This document shows, piece by piece, positions 26,020 through 36,571 of a DNA stretch of 64,000 nt. The DNA is taken from the IMG/VR virus record IMGVR_UViG_3300043419_000787, positions 1 to 64,000 of that record. The stretch is one strand, 5' to 3'. The notes beneath the pieces were generated by a model, which saw nothing but the letters and a program-made list of their open reading frames with translations, did not search any database and was not told where the DNA came from. The position numbers and the translations under genes were made by a program. Numbering within the stretch: position 1 is the stretch's first letter; each line of letters starts with the position of its first letter. Source of the DNA: a virus.

Positions 26020-26863
26020 TTCTCATCTTTTCTGCAAGTCTATAGACTAATGAATATTTTTGTGTGTTCCAACTGTGGAACTCGATTTCACCTTTAAAGA
26101 TTTTCTCATCGTTAAATCCTCTCCAATCTAAAGTTAGGTAAGGAATGATTTGTAAATAAGATTGATCCCAAGCTTTTTTCTCAACTTGACGAACTTTAAT
26201 GTAATTTGTTACTGCTTCCATAACACCAATTGAAGGTGGTCTCATAAGAATTGTACCAAAGCTTTTAGTTTGAATTGCAAATGCACGTTTTTCATCGTCA
26301 TAATATTTTGCAATTTCATCTGGAACTTGAGACAATTGGAAATATCTAGCTGAAAGTTCAGCATCGAATTCTTCACCGTCTTTAGTTGTTGCTTTAATAG
26401 TTAATTTAGATTCTGGTTCAGGGAATGTTAGGTCTCTGATTGATAATAGAATATAAATTCTATCCTCTTCTAAGATGTCTTTGTACGATAGTACTTTTGC
26501 ACCGCATTGGAATCTAACACAGTTTTTTACAATGTGATTTAATTTGTCCTCAATATCTAATAAGTTACCTTCATCGATAGTTGAGAAATGACGTACTTCA
26601 GCTACTTGAGCTGGTCTGATTGCCATTTTAGCATCACTTGGATAGAATCTTCCACCTGATGGTAATCCAGAAATATCAATTGAATGATAACCTAAGTGCA
26701 AATCTGGGTCTAATGCAGTTTGTGTTGCATAACGGTCCATGTTTACTTTTCCTAAGTCAACTCTTTCTTCTACTTGATTTTCTTGAGCTTCTTTAGCTTC
26801 TACCATTTTACGGTACTGTTCTTCCATGTTTGTTTCGTCGTTTTGATTCTTGTTGTTTGCCAT
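25898..26863 (-). CDS. Putative tail assembly chaperone
   Basis: 321 aa, acidic N-terminus, positioned between tube and tape-measure genes. Confidence 0.4.
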   Translation of the reverse strand: MANNKNQNDETNMEEQYRKMVEAKEAQENQVEERVDLGKVNMDRYATQTALDPDLHLGYHSIDISGLPSGGRFYPSDAKMAIRPAQVAEVRHFSTIDEGNLLDIEDKLNHIVKNCVRFQCGAKVLSYKDILEEDRIYILLSIRDLTFPEPESKLTIKATTKDGEEFDAELSARYFQLSQVPDEIAKYYDDEKRAFAIQTKSFGTILMRPPSIGVMEAVTNYIKVRQVEKKAWDQSYLQIIPYLTLDWRGFNDEKIFKGEIEFHSWNTQKYSLVYRLAEKMRIGVQPEMLVPHEDEEVLVTIGFRDGIKSLFVVQDIAGELL

Positions 26864-26864
26864 A

Positions 26865-27083
26865 TTACTTTGATTTTAAGTGTTTAACTTTTGTTTTGTC
26901 CCATTCTTTATTTAAATCGGGACGTCGATCAATTTCTCGTCTTATTAGTTCTCTAATAAACGCAGAAACCGAAATAGGTCTTTGTTCAGCTTCTAATGCA
27001 TCATTTAAAATGATTATATTGAGAGCTTGGACTTCTTCGTCAGTAATTAATACCTGAAGTTTCCGGGTTAGTTTGTTTGACAT
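26865..27083 (-). CDS. Small ribbon-helix-helix-like (CopG/Arc-type) protein
   Basis: 72 aa. Predicted beta-strand LQVLITDEEVQAL followed by helix SAFIRELIRREI. Confidence 0.35.
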   Translation of the reverse strand: MSNKLTRKLQVLITDEEVQALNIIILNDALEAEQRPISVSAFIRELIRREIDRRPDLNKEWDKTKVKHLKSK

Positions 27084-27121
27084 AGATTATCTTAATAATA
27101 TATTATATATTCTTTACAAAA

Positions 27122-27150
27122 AGAAGGGATGACTCTCGTCATCCCTTTTG
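27122..27150 (-). terminator. Intrinsic terminator downstream of tail tube gene
   Basis: AGGGATGAC-TCTC-GTCATCCCT followed by T-rich tract. Confidence 0.6.
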
Positions 27151-27162
27151 TAAAATTTTAAA

Positions 27163-27717
27163 TTACGCTAATACTTCTTTAAAAGTATCGCACTTCCAAG
27201 TTACTTCGATAGTAGCAGGATCTGTTGAGTCATAACTTAATTCGTTAGTAAACGGTAATCCTGATTTAATAAAGCAATCTTCTAAAGTGATTGTTCTGTA
27301 AATATCTCCAGCTCTATTGAACTGAACGATAACTAAAGTTCCAGTGTAATCTTTCTTCAAACCCATTAAACCTGTTTGAGGATCGTATTGTAAATTATAC
27401 CATTCTCTTAGAGTTTTATATAGGTAAGCTTGATTTGAATCATTTAAGTTCAAAGAGAAATTGATATTGATGTCCAATGAAGTATTGTCCGGCATACCAG
27501 CGTAAGAACGAGTAGCGAATTTGTACTTTTGTTGAACTTCAGAAACTTCTCTATATAGATCCAAACCACCGATGCTATTAACATGTTGTAATAACAATGG
27601 AGAACCTTTTACACCTGCAGGTGGAATAACAGTAACTTCAAAGAGGTTACTTTGTACCGGTTCCCATTGAGAACCTTTTCTGCTTGTCTGGTCTTGTGAA
27701 TAATGTGGTAAAGCCAT
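27163..27717 (-). CDS. Tail tube protein (T4 gp19-like)
   Basis: 184 aa. SNLFEVTVIPP near N-terminus resembles the gp19 PNLFQVEI region. Immediately downstream of sheath gene; late-type motif upstream. Confidence 0.55.
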   Translation of the reverse strand: MALPHYSQDQTSRKGSQWEPVQSNLFEVTVIPPAGVKGSPLLLQHVNSIGGLDLYREVSEVQQKYKFATRSYAGMPDNTSLDININFSLNLNDSNQAYLYKTLREWYNLQYDPQTGLMGLKKDYTGTLVIVQFNRAGDIYRTITLEDCFIKSGLPFTNELSYDSTDPATIEVTWKCDTFKEVLA

Positions 27718-27750
27718 CTTGTTTTTTATTGTTTTTTTATATATCTAATT

Positions 27751-30612
27751 TTAGCTGAAGTTTCCAGTTTGAATTTCGCCAGTATTTAATACTGTAGTTC
27801 TATGAACAACGATTTCTAAACCTTTAACTGGTTCAACGAAAGTATCTAAGATACCAATGTTGTTGTCGATAACTTCATTAGTGTTATTTGATTGATCGAT
27901 AACGTTCTTAAAGTCATAAACACCTTGATCTGCTTTAACTGATTCCATAAAGGCATCTGCTAAAGTTTTGATTTCAAGTCTTGTTTGTGCTGTATTAAAT
28001 TCAAAAACATAACCTTTAAGAATGTTAGCTAAACCTTCTTGGATGTGGATCAATACTTCTCTTACGTGTGCAGAAGAAAGTGCTGATTTAACTGATTGTT
28101 GACCAGTTTTGTTACCAAGGATGGTTAAACCTACTCCTCTTTGGAAAACGATTGGATTGATACCAAATGGTTCGATTACGTCTCTATCATTTTTATCAAA
28201 AGCGTATTCAACTCCAACAACTCCAGTTCCAGATACAACTCCTCTTCTTGGACCAGCAATAATTGACCAAGGTAATGCGGTTGAATATTTATCGATGTAG
28301 TTATTAGATACGTAAGCAGCTGGTGGTACAACGATGTCCTTTCCGTTCTCTCTGATTAATAAACCAGGTCCATAATAGAAACCATAGTTAGCTCCATCAC
28401 TGATTGAAGGAAGTGTATAGAATGCAGTTGGATTTTTATCCAAGTTTCCACCATCTTTCAAATACATTGCATCAAATGCTCCACTTCCATCGGTAAATGA
28501 TGGGTTAGTTGATTTTTTGAAATCAGCAATTGTTGGTGCATTTAAGATAGCTGCAGCATTTTGTCTTTCGTGTGCTAAATAAGAAAGTTCTTTCTTATTT
28601 TGTAAACCTTCAACAGTATCATAAGAACCAAAAGTATCAACGATATATCTGTAAAGAATTAAATCTTTGTCAGCTAATGCGTCAAATAAGTTAGTTCCGC
28701 TAAGTGCTAATAAACAATCTGCGATTGATTTATCACCAACAGAAGCTTTAGCTAAAATGAATGGTACATATACATCAGTTGCTTCTTCGAAAGAAACAAT
28801 ATATTTTCCACCAAATACGCTAGGTACAGTAGAATCACAAGTTACTGTTACGGTTGTAGTTCCGCCAGCTACTGATTTAGCTACTGATTTAATTTTAGCA
28901 AGTCTTCCAGCAGTTGCAGAAGGAACATATTGTCCTTTCTTAAGCGTTACTGTTGAAATTGGAGATGCATAAGTAAATTTAAAGATACCACCACCTAAGT
29001 TTTCATAAGTTGCAGTAACATTACCACTTCCTGCTAAGTTCAATTCAGTACCGTTGTAAGTGATAACTCTCTTAGTTGTAATTGCATATTTTTTAAATGA
29101 AGTTAAACCACCTAATGCAATTTTAACAGGTCCATCACATGTGATAGTTGTTTTGTCAGCAGCATATGAAACTCCAGTTACTTCAACATATTCTCCTGTA
29201 GCTTGAGCTTCAATAAATGTACCAACCGCGATCAATGAAGTTAAATCAACATGATGTGCATATAATTTATTAACATCTCCGCCTGTTCCAACTTCAGTTA
29301 CTGCAGGATTAAATGTTCCATAAGGAATATTATTATTAGCAACCAATGAAGTATAAGCAGATGCAAATACAGTTCCAGTAATTGTTACTTGAGTATATGG
29401 TTCAGCACCAGTTACGTAAGTAGATCCAGTGATGATACCCCAAGTAGAAGCACCAGTTTTAAGATATTTAGAAGTTGTAAAATCTCCAGATAAGTTAGTT
29501 GTAGAATAAATCTTCAATACTGAACCTGAAGCAGTAATTCCAGAAGCTGTTAAAGTAGGAACAGTAAGTAAACTTGTAGTTGCTTGGTCAACGTGACCAG
29601 CTCCTAAAGAAACTGTAGTACCAGATGCTGGACTTAAATCTTGGTTTACTTTATAAGATAATAGATCGTAATTTTGATCTTTATCGTAAACGTGTCCAAC
29701 TAAATCAACATTAGTTCCTGTTTCTTCTTGTACGTTATCTTCATCAACAGCACAGAATAAACCAGTTCTTCTAGCTTCTGCGTTAATCATTGTTTCAACA
29801 TACATGTTTCTACCTTCAAGATCTTTGAAGTTAGGAATTAATGAACCAGTGTATTGAGCAATTAAAGAAACTTGTCTCAAATTAGAGAAAGCTGATAATT
29901 GGTCTTTTAATAAACCAGATGTGTTAAAGTAGTTTTTGTAAACCGGGTCAGTTGCTAAAGTAGCAGCATCGAATTCACCTTTGAAAACGAAAACGTCTAC
30001 CATAAAATCTGACAAATAATCTTTATCATTTAAGAATGCAGGAACATTACCTTCTCCGTACCACTCTCTAGCAGTAACTTCGAATGTAGCAACGTCTTGT
30101 GCTTTTCTTACAAAAATAGTAATTGGCTCTTGTTTAATGTTAATGAAATTAATCATTCTGTTGTTATCTGTACCAATTGTTGAGATAACAGCTGCATCGC
30201 TTGGATACCAGAATTTATCAGTGTCGAAAAACTTAGTGTATTCATCACTTCCTGATTCAGCAATTGCAGTGTGGTCGCTACCATTGGTAACGGGTGCTAC
30301 ATAACTGATTTCATCAGAAGCTTCGAATGTTGCTAAGTTTAAGGCAAGGATCGGACCTCTAGTAAGAGCTGCAAATGCAGATCTGTGAAAGAAGATACCC
30401 TTCTTCTCTAGGTTTCTATCAATACCACCGAAGATTGCGTTGAAATCTTCTGTAGACTGAATAAGAACTGGAGTATTGTAAGGGCCCTTTTTAGAGTGAC
30501 CAACTACCAATCTGATAGTCTCTGTCGCAAAGTTCGTTGTTTGTGATTTATCGAATTCTAGACGATAAACACCTGAACTCTTAAATTGCAATAGTTGAGG
30601 ACTTAGTGCCAT
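27751..30612 (-). CDS. Contractile tail sheath protein (gp18-like) with inserted domains
   Basis: N-terminal LSPQLLQFKSSGVYRLEFDKS resembles the sheath SPGV..E.D start. C-terminal GINPIVFQRGVGLTILGNKTGQ...SALSSAHVREVLIHI matches the conserved sheath C-domain. 953 aa. Confidence 0.8.
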   Translation of the reverse strand: MALSPQLLQFKSSGVYRLEFDKSQTTNFATETIRLVVGHSKKGPYNTPVLIQSTEDFNAIFGGIDRNLEKKGIFFHRSAFAALTRGPILALNLATFEASDEISYVAPVTNGSDHTAIAESGSDEYTKFFDTDKFWYPSDAAVISTIGTDNNRMINFINIKQEPITIFVRKAQDVATFEVTAREWYGEGNVPAFLNDKDYLSDFMVDVFVFKGEFDAATLATDPVYKNYFNTSGLLKDQLSAFSNLRQVSLIAQYTGSLIPNFKDLEGRNMYVETMINAEARRTGLFCAVDEDNVQEETGTNVDLVGHVYDKDQNYDLLSYKVNQDLSPASGTTVSLGAGHVDQATTSLLTVPTLTASGITASGSVLKIYSTTNLSGDFTTSKYLKTGASTWGIITGSTYVTGAEPYTQVTITGTVFASAYTSLVANNNIPYGTFNPAVTEVGTGGDVNKLYAHHVDLTSLIAVGTFIEAQATGEYVEVTGVSYAADKTTITCDGPVKIALGGLTSFKKYAITTKRVITYNGTELNLAGSGNVTATYENLGGGIFKFTYASPISTVTLKKGQYVPSATAGRLAKIKSVAKSVAGGTTTVTVTCDSTVPSVFGGKYIVSFEEATDVYVPFILAKASVGDKSIADCLLALSGTNLFDALADKDLILYRYIVDTFGSYDTVEGLQNKKELSYLAHERQNAAAILNAPTIADFKKSTNPSFTDGSGAFDAMYLKDGGNLDKNPTAFYTLPSISDGANYGFYYGPGLLIRENGKDIVVPPAAYVSNNYIDKYSTALPWSIIAGPRRGVVSGTGVVGVEYAFDKNDRDVIEPFGINPIVFQRGVGLTILGNKTGQQSVKSALSSAHVREVLIHIQEGLANILKGYVFEFNTAQTRLEIKTLADAFMESVKADQGVYDFKNVIDQSNNTNEVIDNNIGILDTFVEPVKGLEIVVHRTTVLNTGEIQTGNFS

Positions 30613-30667
30613 GTTATTTTGATCTTTTTTTCTTTATTCTATATATCTGTTTCTATCTCTGATTTTA

Positions 30668-32485
30668 TTAACTTAATAAATCGTAGATGTCATATTGCAA
30701 GTCTCCTTGGGACTGGTTGTCCTTGTAGAGTGTTGCTTCCATGAAATCATGTAATTTTTCGTCAATAACATCTAAGATTTCTTCAATAAAATCGGCGTAA
30801 TCGGTTGTTCCAAAAAACTCAGTTGAAATAATTGCTGACATAATTAAGTCATCATGACCCATTTGTGCTGAATAATTTCCGCTCTTGTTAACACCAAATA
30901 ATGAAGCTTCGTTAACTGTTTCAACTTCATTAATATTTATCCTATTTCCTTCGATTAGTTTCTTGAAATTTTGGCAAAATACCGCTTTATTATCAGATCG
31001 TAACCTAAGTCCTGGTTTTACTCCTTTAGAATCATGTCGATGTTTGAAACGAAGAATCATATCTTCATCGAAATCATTACGTTGAGGGAATACCGTCTGT
31101 AAATATTTTAATAGAATTGTTCCGTATGTATTAAATTCAATTAGCATTTTAACGTTCTCAGAGTTGAAGACATCAATAGCAAGTGTATATAATATTTTTG
31201 AGAAATCTTCGATTGGATGCTCATTACTTTTAAATACTGCAACCTGATCTAATTTAAAGAAATCATACATTGCACCTGGATTTTCAGAAGCTTCAATTTC
31301 CTTTTTAGACATTGCAATAACTTCAAACACATTAATTACTGAGTAATCTCGACCCGAACCTTCGGCAATATCGATTGTAAATAACCAATATTTACCCTCT
31401 TCTTTAACGGTTTCAATGTCGAATCCTGGCTTGAATCCTAGGAATCCCTTTACGTCAATATGTATATTATCAAAGTCTTCTAGTTCATGAAAAACAAACT
31501 TACCTGAGTTCTTTCTTAACTTACCAAGAGATCCTGGTGAAAGTAATAGAGAAGACGAACTTACGAATTCATTACCATATTGTCGGTTAAATGCCTCTTC
31601 TGAACCTAAGTTCTCTAATTCTCGTTTGTACCATGCTTCATCTCGGTCTGGATGTTGGAACCAGTCGATTCGCATTGGAGTGTATGCATTCTTTCCATTA
31701 ATTGCGGCTGCCCAAATTTCATAGAATTTATTAAATCCATTTGGAGTTGATGTAATATTAATCCTAGATATTTTCGAAGATGATAACGTTGGATAAACGT
31801 TTTCATAGAATACATCAACAATATTTGGATGGATGTGTGCAAACTCATCTAAGTATAGATTATGAATGGTAAAACCAATACCGGCTTTTGCAGTAGTTGA
31901 TTGTCCTACTAGACGGCAACCATTATCACATCGAACGTTCATAACGTCGTACTTAATAATTCCTGGTTTCATAAAGAATGGCAAATGTTCAATTACAACT
32001 TTTGCTTTATCAATAATCTCTTTGGTAGTTTCTCCCTTATTGGCTAAAAGTAGAGTATTCTTGTCCACATTAAAACAAATAAACCAAGCGTTAAAAATTG
32101 ACGCTGTTACCGTTTTACCCATCTGTCTGGATGCTAGAACAATATTAAATCGATTATGTTGAAAGTTTCTCAACATATCTTTTTGGTATTCACGAAGTTT
32201 TACCTTTTGAATCCCCTCATCGGTCATTACAACCGCATATTTCTCAGCAAAGTACACAATATCATGCGCGCATTTTGCAATTTCTGTAATTTCGGCATCG
32301 GTGTATTCAAATACAATATTACCTCGTTTCAAATGTTGTTTACCTTCATAGAAGGGCATTGAAACCTGAGGACGATAACCTTTATCTAAAGCGACTGTTA
32401 AATCATTAATTGCTTTAGTTGACCATACTACCTTGGTTGACTGTGTTTCATCGGAATCTTTAGGAATCCATATATTATCACTCAT
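30668..32485 (-). CDS. Terminase large subunit
   Basis: ATPase Walker A VLASRQMGKT, Walker B-like LYLDEF, C-terminal RNase-H-like nuclease region. 605 aa. Confidence 0.85.
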   Translation of the reverse strand: MSDNIWIPKDSDETQSTKVVWSTKAINDLTVALDKGYRPQVSMPFYEGKQHLKRGNIVFEYTDAEITEIAKCAHDIVYFAEKYAVVMTDEGIQKVKLREYQKDMLRNFQHNRFNIVLASRQMGKTVTASIFNAWFICFNVDKNTLLLANKGETTKEIIDKAKVVIEHLPFFMKPGIIKYDVMNVRCDNGCRLVGQSTTAKAGIGFTIHNLYLDEFAHIHPNIVDVFYENVYPTLSSSKISRINITSTPNGFNKFYEIWAAAINGKNAYTPMRIDWFQHPDRDEAWYKRELENLGSEEAFNRQYGNEFVSSSSLLLSPGSLGKLRKNSGKFVFHELEDFDNIHIDVKGFLGFKPGFDIETVKEEGKYWLFTIDIAEGSGRDYSVINVFEVIAMSKKEIEASENPGAMYDFFKLDQVAVFKSNEHPIEDFSKILYTLAIDVFNSENVKMLIEFNTYGTILLKYLQTVFPQRNDFDEDMILRFKHRHDSKGVKPGLRLRSDNKAVFCQNFKKLIEGNRININEVETVNEASLFGVNKSGNYSAQMGHDDLIMSAIISTEFFGTTDYADFIEEILDVIDEKLHDFMEATLYKDNQSQGDLQYDIYDLLS

Positions 32486-33158
32486 TTTCTTCTGGGTTTA
32501 TTTCAATCACATCAAGATTCTCATCTTCGCCAGATTGATTAATTCCCATTTGAATCATTCTCATTAGGTCCTTTGTACCTCTTTGGATATTTGGATCTTT
32601 AGAATCTCCTCCAACTTCCTCAATCTGAGTTGTATTTGTGTTTTTACGGTAAACTTCAATATCTCTAGCAATTCTCTTGTTAGATTCTTCAGTTGCCATC
32701 AAATACATTGTTTGTGATTTTATAATGTCGAGCATTGACTTTTGTAAAGTTGCCAATACCTCGAACATTCTTGGAGATAACTCTCCATCTTCAATAGTTT
32801 CTAATAATAATGTTAGAGCTCTTTCACCAGCTTGAAGCTGATAAACCAGAGACGACATTGTCATTTCGTCCATTTTCTTTTTTGCCTTAACATACTCATC
32901 ATTCTCGATAATATCTGCATCGAGATAGAATTTCATTAATGCTGTAATAGTTTTCTTAGCTTGAGCTTCTGAACTAGATTTTAAATTAGTATATGAAACT
33001 GCAGGGCTTTTATGTGCCGGTGGGACAGATGGCAATGGTGTATCTGTATCGACTAAATCTGTTAAAGATTCCTCATCACCAATTAACCATTCTAATTCTT
33101 TACGAATATCCTCTGCCTGGTCACGAATTGGCCTATTCTTATCTTTTTCTTCTGACAT
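32478..33158 (-). CDS. Possible terminase small subunit
   Basis: 226 aa acidic protein immediately upstream of and overlapping the terminase large-subunit gene. By position only. Confidence 0.3.
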   Translation of the reverse strand: MSEEKDKNRPIRDQAEDIRKELEWLIGDEESLTDLVDTDTPLPSVPPAHKSPAVSYTNLKSSSEAQAKKTITALMKFYLDADIIENDEYVKAKKKMDEMTMSSLVYQLQAGERALTLLLETIEDGELSPRMFEVLATLQKSMLDIIKSQTMYLMATEESNKRIARDIEVYRKNTNTTQIEEVGGDSKDPNIQRGTKDLMRMIQMGINQSGEDENLDVIEINPEENE

Positions 33159-33195
33159 AATATGATATTATTTATAGAATATGTATCCCAATAAA

Positions 33196-35145
33196 TTATT
33201 GTGCACTTCTGAATTTCTGGAATCCAAGAGACGGGATAGCATTATCTATAATAGTTGCAAGTTGATTATCGCGAACAACGTATTGATTTAATACGTTACT
33301 ATGTTGCTCTACTTCAACTGGAATATGAAATAATCGTATGTTGGTTATTTTTAACAATCCACCTTTAAGTGAGTATTTAGATTCAGGAATATCCCATGAT
33401 ATATTATAAACCTGATTTCTAGTCTGCTCAAATACTTTTACTAAATCATTTGATGCTGATTGTGGTAATCCAACTGTATTATTATTTGGATCTAATGAAT
33501 ATAAGGTAACTGATAATTGATTGAATTGCTTATTACCATTAATAACAAGGCCATACCATCTATCTGTTCCCATAATAACATTTGTAGTAAATGTGTACGT
33601 GTTAGCATTGATGTATACTTTTATATTTTGACCAGATACTGTAACCTTAAGTCCTTTATTGATTGTGCTATTTCCAAATAACCAATAATCAGTTGTTGAA
33701 TTAAAATTAAATTCTGGAGAGAACCAACATGTTAATCCAAATCCTGTTGATGATTTAACAGGTGCAGTATATTCGATTGCTGCGAAACCTGTATTAACAG
33801 GACCAAGATTGTAATAATTTTTAGAAACCGTAGTCCATCTGTTTTTAATTTCACTATCAACAATTTTTAAATCAGTTGATACAAAATTTCTAATACCATC
33901 TAAATAAGCTGTAGAAACAGTTTGGAAAATATCAGGCTTAGTATTCTTGATGTACTCATCTTTAATCTCAGCACCAAATATTTCATCAACATCAGTAACT
34001 AATGAATCTGTTAAAGTTTCAAAACTATTTTTAAGTACAGCAGTATCATTTTGATATTTAGTCAACATCACTTTCCAATATGTGATTGTCTCATTAAAAC
34101 GATCTCCTAAAGAAACCGAATTAATCATATACATTTTATTAATAATTGGAATGAACATGTAATCATGCTCACGTGGTCTTTTACCTTGTCCAAAAACAGT
34201 CTGGAATTCTTGTTGTGTAATATGGATTTCAAAATCTTCAAATTCCATACCAAACATATCGAAGTTAGTTGTAGATTCTTGAGGAAACTCATTATCTGGA
34301 ACCAAGATTTTAACAACATCCTGATCAACGACATTATGTAATGAATATTCCATTAAGATAACGTCTTTTGTTCTCATATCAGGTTCAGTTCTAAAATAAG
34401 TAACCTGATGACCAAAGATATTTTTAACAATATTTGCTAATTGTATATATGTTTGTTGGGATCTAAATTGTCGGTATGGTTGAAATAAAGCATTTGGATC
34501 TGAGCAAGTTGCTTCAATTGTTGCGCATCCTGAATAAATGAAAGGATCTGTACATGTTGTACAGAATTGTGGACATGATTCAATAGTACCAGCAACTGTT
34601 TCAACTGTTAACGTTGCTGAAATAAATGTTAATTTAGCTCCAGTATTTAATGCTGATACCTCTGCTCCAAAATCTATTAATACATCAGCGCCTGAATTCC
34701 ATAAATAAGATTTAATATCTCCAGGTAGAACATTTGTATTTAATTCAGAGAATTCACTAAAAGTTTTACCTTTATCAGTTGAAAGTCTAAAAGTGTAGTC
34801 GAATTTATTATTGGCATCAACTGGTCGATAGAATGTAAATCCAGATCCAGAAAAATTAACTGGAAGTGTTAGTACTAATGTTGTACTATTAGTTACGCTT
34901 GCGATTTCTAAAACTCTGTTTCCAACAATAATAAAATGTGAATTTTGGAAAAGTCTGGTAAAATCAGTACCAGTTCCATAAACAATAGTAGAACCACTAG
35001 TAAAACTAAGAGTTCCTAATGTTGAAATATCTGATACTCCAGAAAGTATGTCCCATGTCATAACTTTCTTTAAGTTTAAATATGGGGTCTTGATTGATGC
35101 AATTAGAAAATCGCCGTATGCTGTTGCAATACTACCTGTAACCAT
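33196..35145 (-). CDS. Virion structural protein with C-terminal LamG/ConA-like domain (baseplate or fibre component?)
   Basis: 649 aa. C-terminal jelly-roll signature (TDYWLFGN...NIKVYINANTYTF...DRWYGLVING). Late-type motif upstream. Confidence 0.4.
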   Translation of the reverse strand: MVTGSIATAYGDFLIASIKTPYLNLKKVMTWDILSGVSDISTLGTLSFTSGSTIVYGTGTDFTRLFQNSHFIIVGNRVLEIASVTNSTTLVLTLPVNFSGSGFTFYRPVDANNKFDYTFRLSTDKGKTFSEFSELNTNVLPGDIKSYLWNSGADVLIDFGAEVSALNTGAKLTFISATLTVETVAGTIESCPQFCTTCTDPFIYSGCATIEATCSDPNALFQPYRQFRSQQTYIQLANIVKNIFGHQVTYFRTEPDMRTKDVILMEYSLHNVVDQDVVKILVPDNEFPQESTTNFDMFGMEFEDFEIHITQQEFQTVFGQGKRPREHDYMFIPIINKMYMINSVSLGDRFNETITYWKVMLTKYQNDTAVLKNSFETLTDSLVTDVDEIFGAEIKDEYIKNTKPDIFQTVSTAYLDGIRNFVSTDLKIVDSEIKNRWTTVSKNYYNLGPVNTGFAAIEYTAPVKSSTGFGLTCWFSPEFNFNSTTDYWLFGNSTINKGLKVTVSGQNIKVYINANTYTFTTNVIMGTDRWYGLVINGNKQFNQLSVTLYSLDPNNNTVGLPQSASNDLVKVFEQTRNQVYNISWDIPESKYSLKGGLLKITNIRLFHIPVEVEQHSNVLNQYVVRDNQLATIIDNAIPSLGFQKFRSAQ

Positions 35146-35174
35146 TACAATGAGTTAATTTTGTTTATATATTC

Positions 35175-35855
35175 TCAGTAATCGGTGACTAGTAGGACTT
35201 CTGGATTATCGCCACCTAGTTTTGGATCACTCATCATATCCAACATGATAGAAATTGTATCTACAACATCCATCTCATTGTCTGAAAGTTCTTTGATTTT
35301 TCCTTTATCAGCAACCATTAACCAACGGTCTAAACGATCTAATAAGTCATTTAGTTTTAGTCTTTTATACGGAACACCTTCATCTAGGATCCGTTGCTCA
35401 TGTAGAACTTTATTAAAAATAACAACTTCGTCTTTATCAAAGATTTCAAATGTCTTTAATGTTAAATGAAGTATTTTAAATCCGAATTTAATTGTATCAT
35501 GACCTCCTTCGTCTTTGGTCAATCTGGTGTAGATTCTATTCTTATTAAGAGTCAATTTGATCCATCTAAGATGTTTCATTTGTGTAAGAAGTTTAGTAAT
35601 AAAGAAGATTGAATTAACCTCTTTATGCATTACTTCAAATCCAACTGAATTAAATAAATTAATCTCATTTGGGAATTCTCTTTCAATAAAATCTAGAAGC
35701 TGATCTTTAGTAACAATTATTGAATTTTTATCAGGACTAAGAAACTCTATTTTGTTTCTAATTCCAGTCCAAAGTTTATTATCGTTATAATTGTATTTAA
35801 AAAGCACGATATCAACAACATCGGCAGCATCATACATTGAGAAATCATCTTGCAT
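35175..35855 (-). CDS. Hypothetical protein
   Basis: 226 aa ORF. Confidence 0.4.
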   Translation of the reverse strand: MQDDFSMYDAADVVDIVLFKYNYNDNKLWTGIRNKIEFLSPDKNSIIVTKDQLLDFIEREFPNEINLFNSVGFEVMHKEVNSIFFITKLLTQMKHLRWIKLTLNKNRIYTRLTKDEGGHDTIKFGFKILHLTLKTFEIFDKDEVVIFNKVLHEQRILDEGVPYKRLKLNDLLDRLDRWLMVADKGKIKELSDNEMDVVDTISIMLDMMSDPKLGGDNPEVLLVTDY

Positions 35856-36283
35856 TAATAAACTTTTATATTTTCATCAAGTCTTTTAAGTTCTTCGAGT
35901 GTTTCTTTTTTGAAAAACTTTAAAGCTTCATTGTATTCTCTTTTACCAATCTCATTCTTTTTCATATAGAATTCGATTGCCTCTTGACTAGGTATGTATT
36001 CTTTTTTATCGACAGGTGCCGATTCAGATTTCTTAGTTTTTGTGTAGATCCATGGTGGAACCGCAGAAAAACGTTGAGCTACTAGAGCCCAACTGTCAAT
36101 AACTGCTAGTCCATTAATACCATTGATATTGAATGCTTGCGCATTTGCAGGAAACTTAATTGAGAAAAAACGATTAATCATAAAATGATGACGCTTCTTA
36201 TTAAAGTCCTTGATATTCTTATAGTCTTTTGGCTTTGTAAACATAATTTTAACAAAGTCAAATAATTTAGTTTCGTCTAGCAT
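35855..36283 (-). CDS. Hypothetical protein
   Basis: 142 aa ORF. Confidence 0.4.
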   Translation of the reverse strand: MLDETKLFDFVKIMFTKPKDYKNIKDFNKKRHHFMINRFFSIKFPANAQAFNINGINGLAVIDSWALVAQRFSAVPPWIYTKTKKSESAPVDKKEYIPSQEAIEFYMKKNEIGKREYNEALKFFKKETLEELKRLDENIKVY

Positions 36284-36299
36284 ATTTTTGTTTTAATTA

Positions 36300-36416
36300 A
36301 TCCATCCACTTACCGTGCTTACGCAAATGCCAAAATCTGTGTTGCAATACTGCAATAACAATACCAAACAAGGTATCTGCTTCATATACGCCTTCTTTTA
36401 CTATTAATTTCATATA
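36300..36416 (-). CDS. Possible 38-aa small protein (MKLIVKEGVYEADTLFGIVIAVLQHRFWHLRKHGKWMD)
   Basis: ATG ORF in an otherwise unassigned gap; small hydrophobic core. Confidence 0.2.
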
Positions 36417-36417
36417 G

Positions 36418-36570
36418 TTTTATTTTATCCAATCATTATAAGCATGTATATATGCTTGTTCTATTGAAAGACTTGGGTCCTGAGACATGTGGCTTTCGGC
36501 GAATACCTTTACCTCATATTCAAGACCCCATTCTTTTGCTTCTTGTAAGATTTCTTCTACGATTTCTGTC
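36418..36570 (-). CDS. Possible 50-aa small protein (MTEIVEEILQEAKEWGLEYEV...)
   Basis: ATG ORF; its start abuts the RNase H gene stop. Confidence 0.2.
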
Positions 36571-36571
36571 A

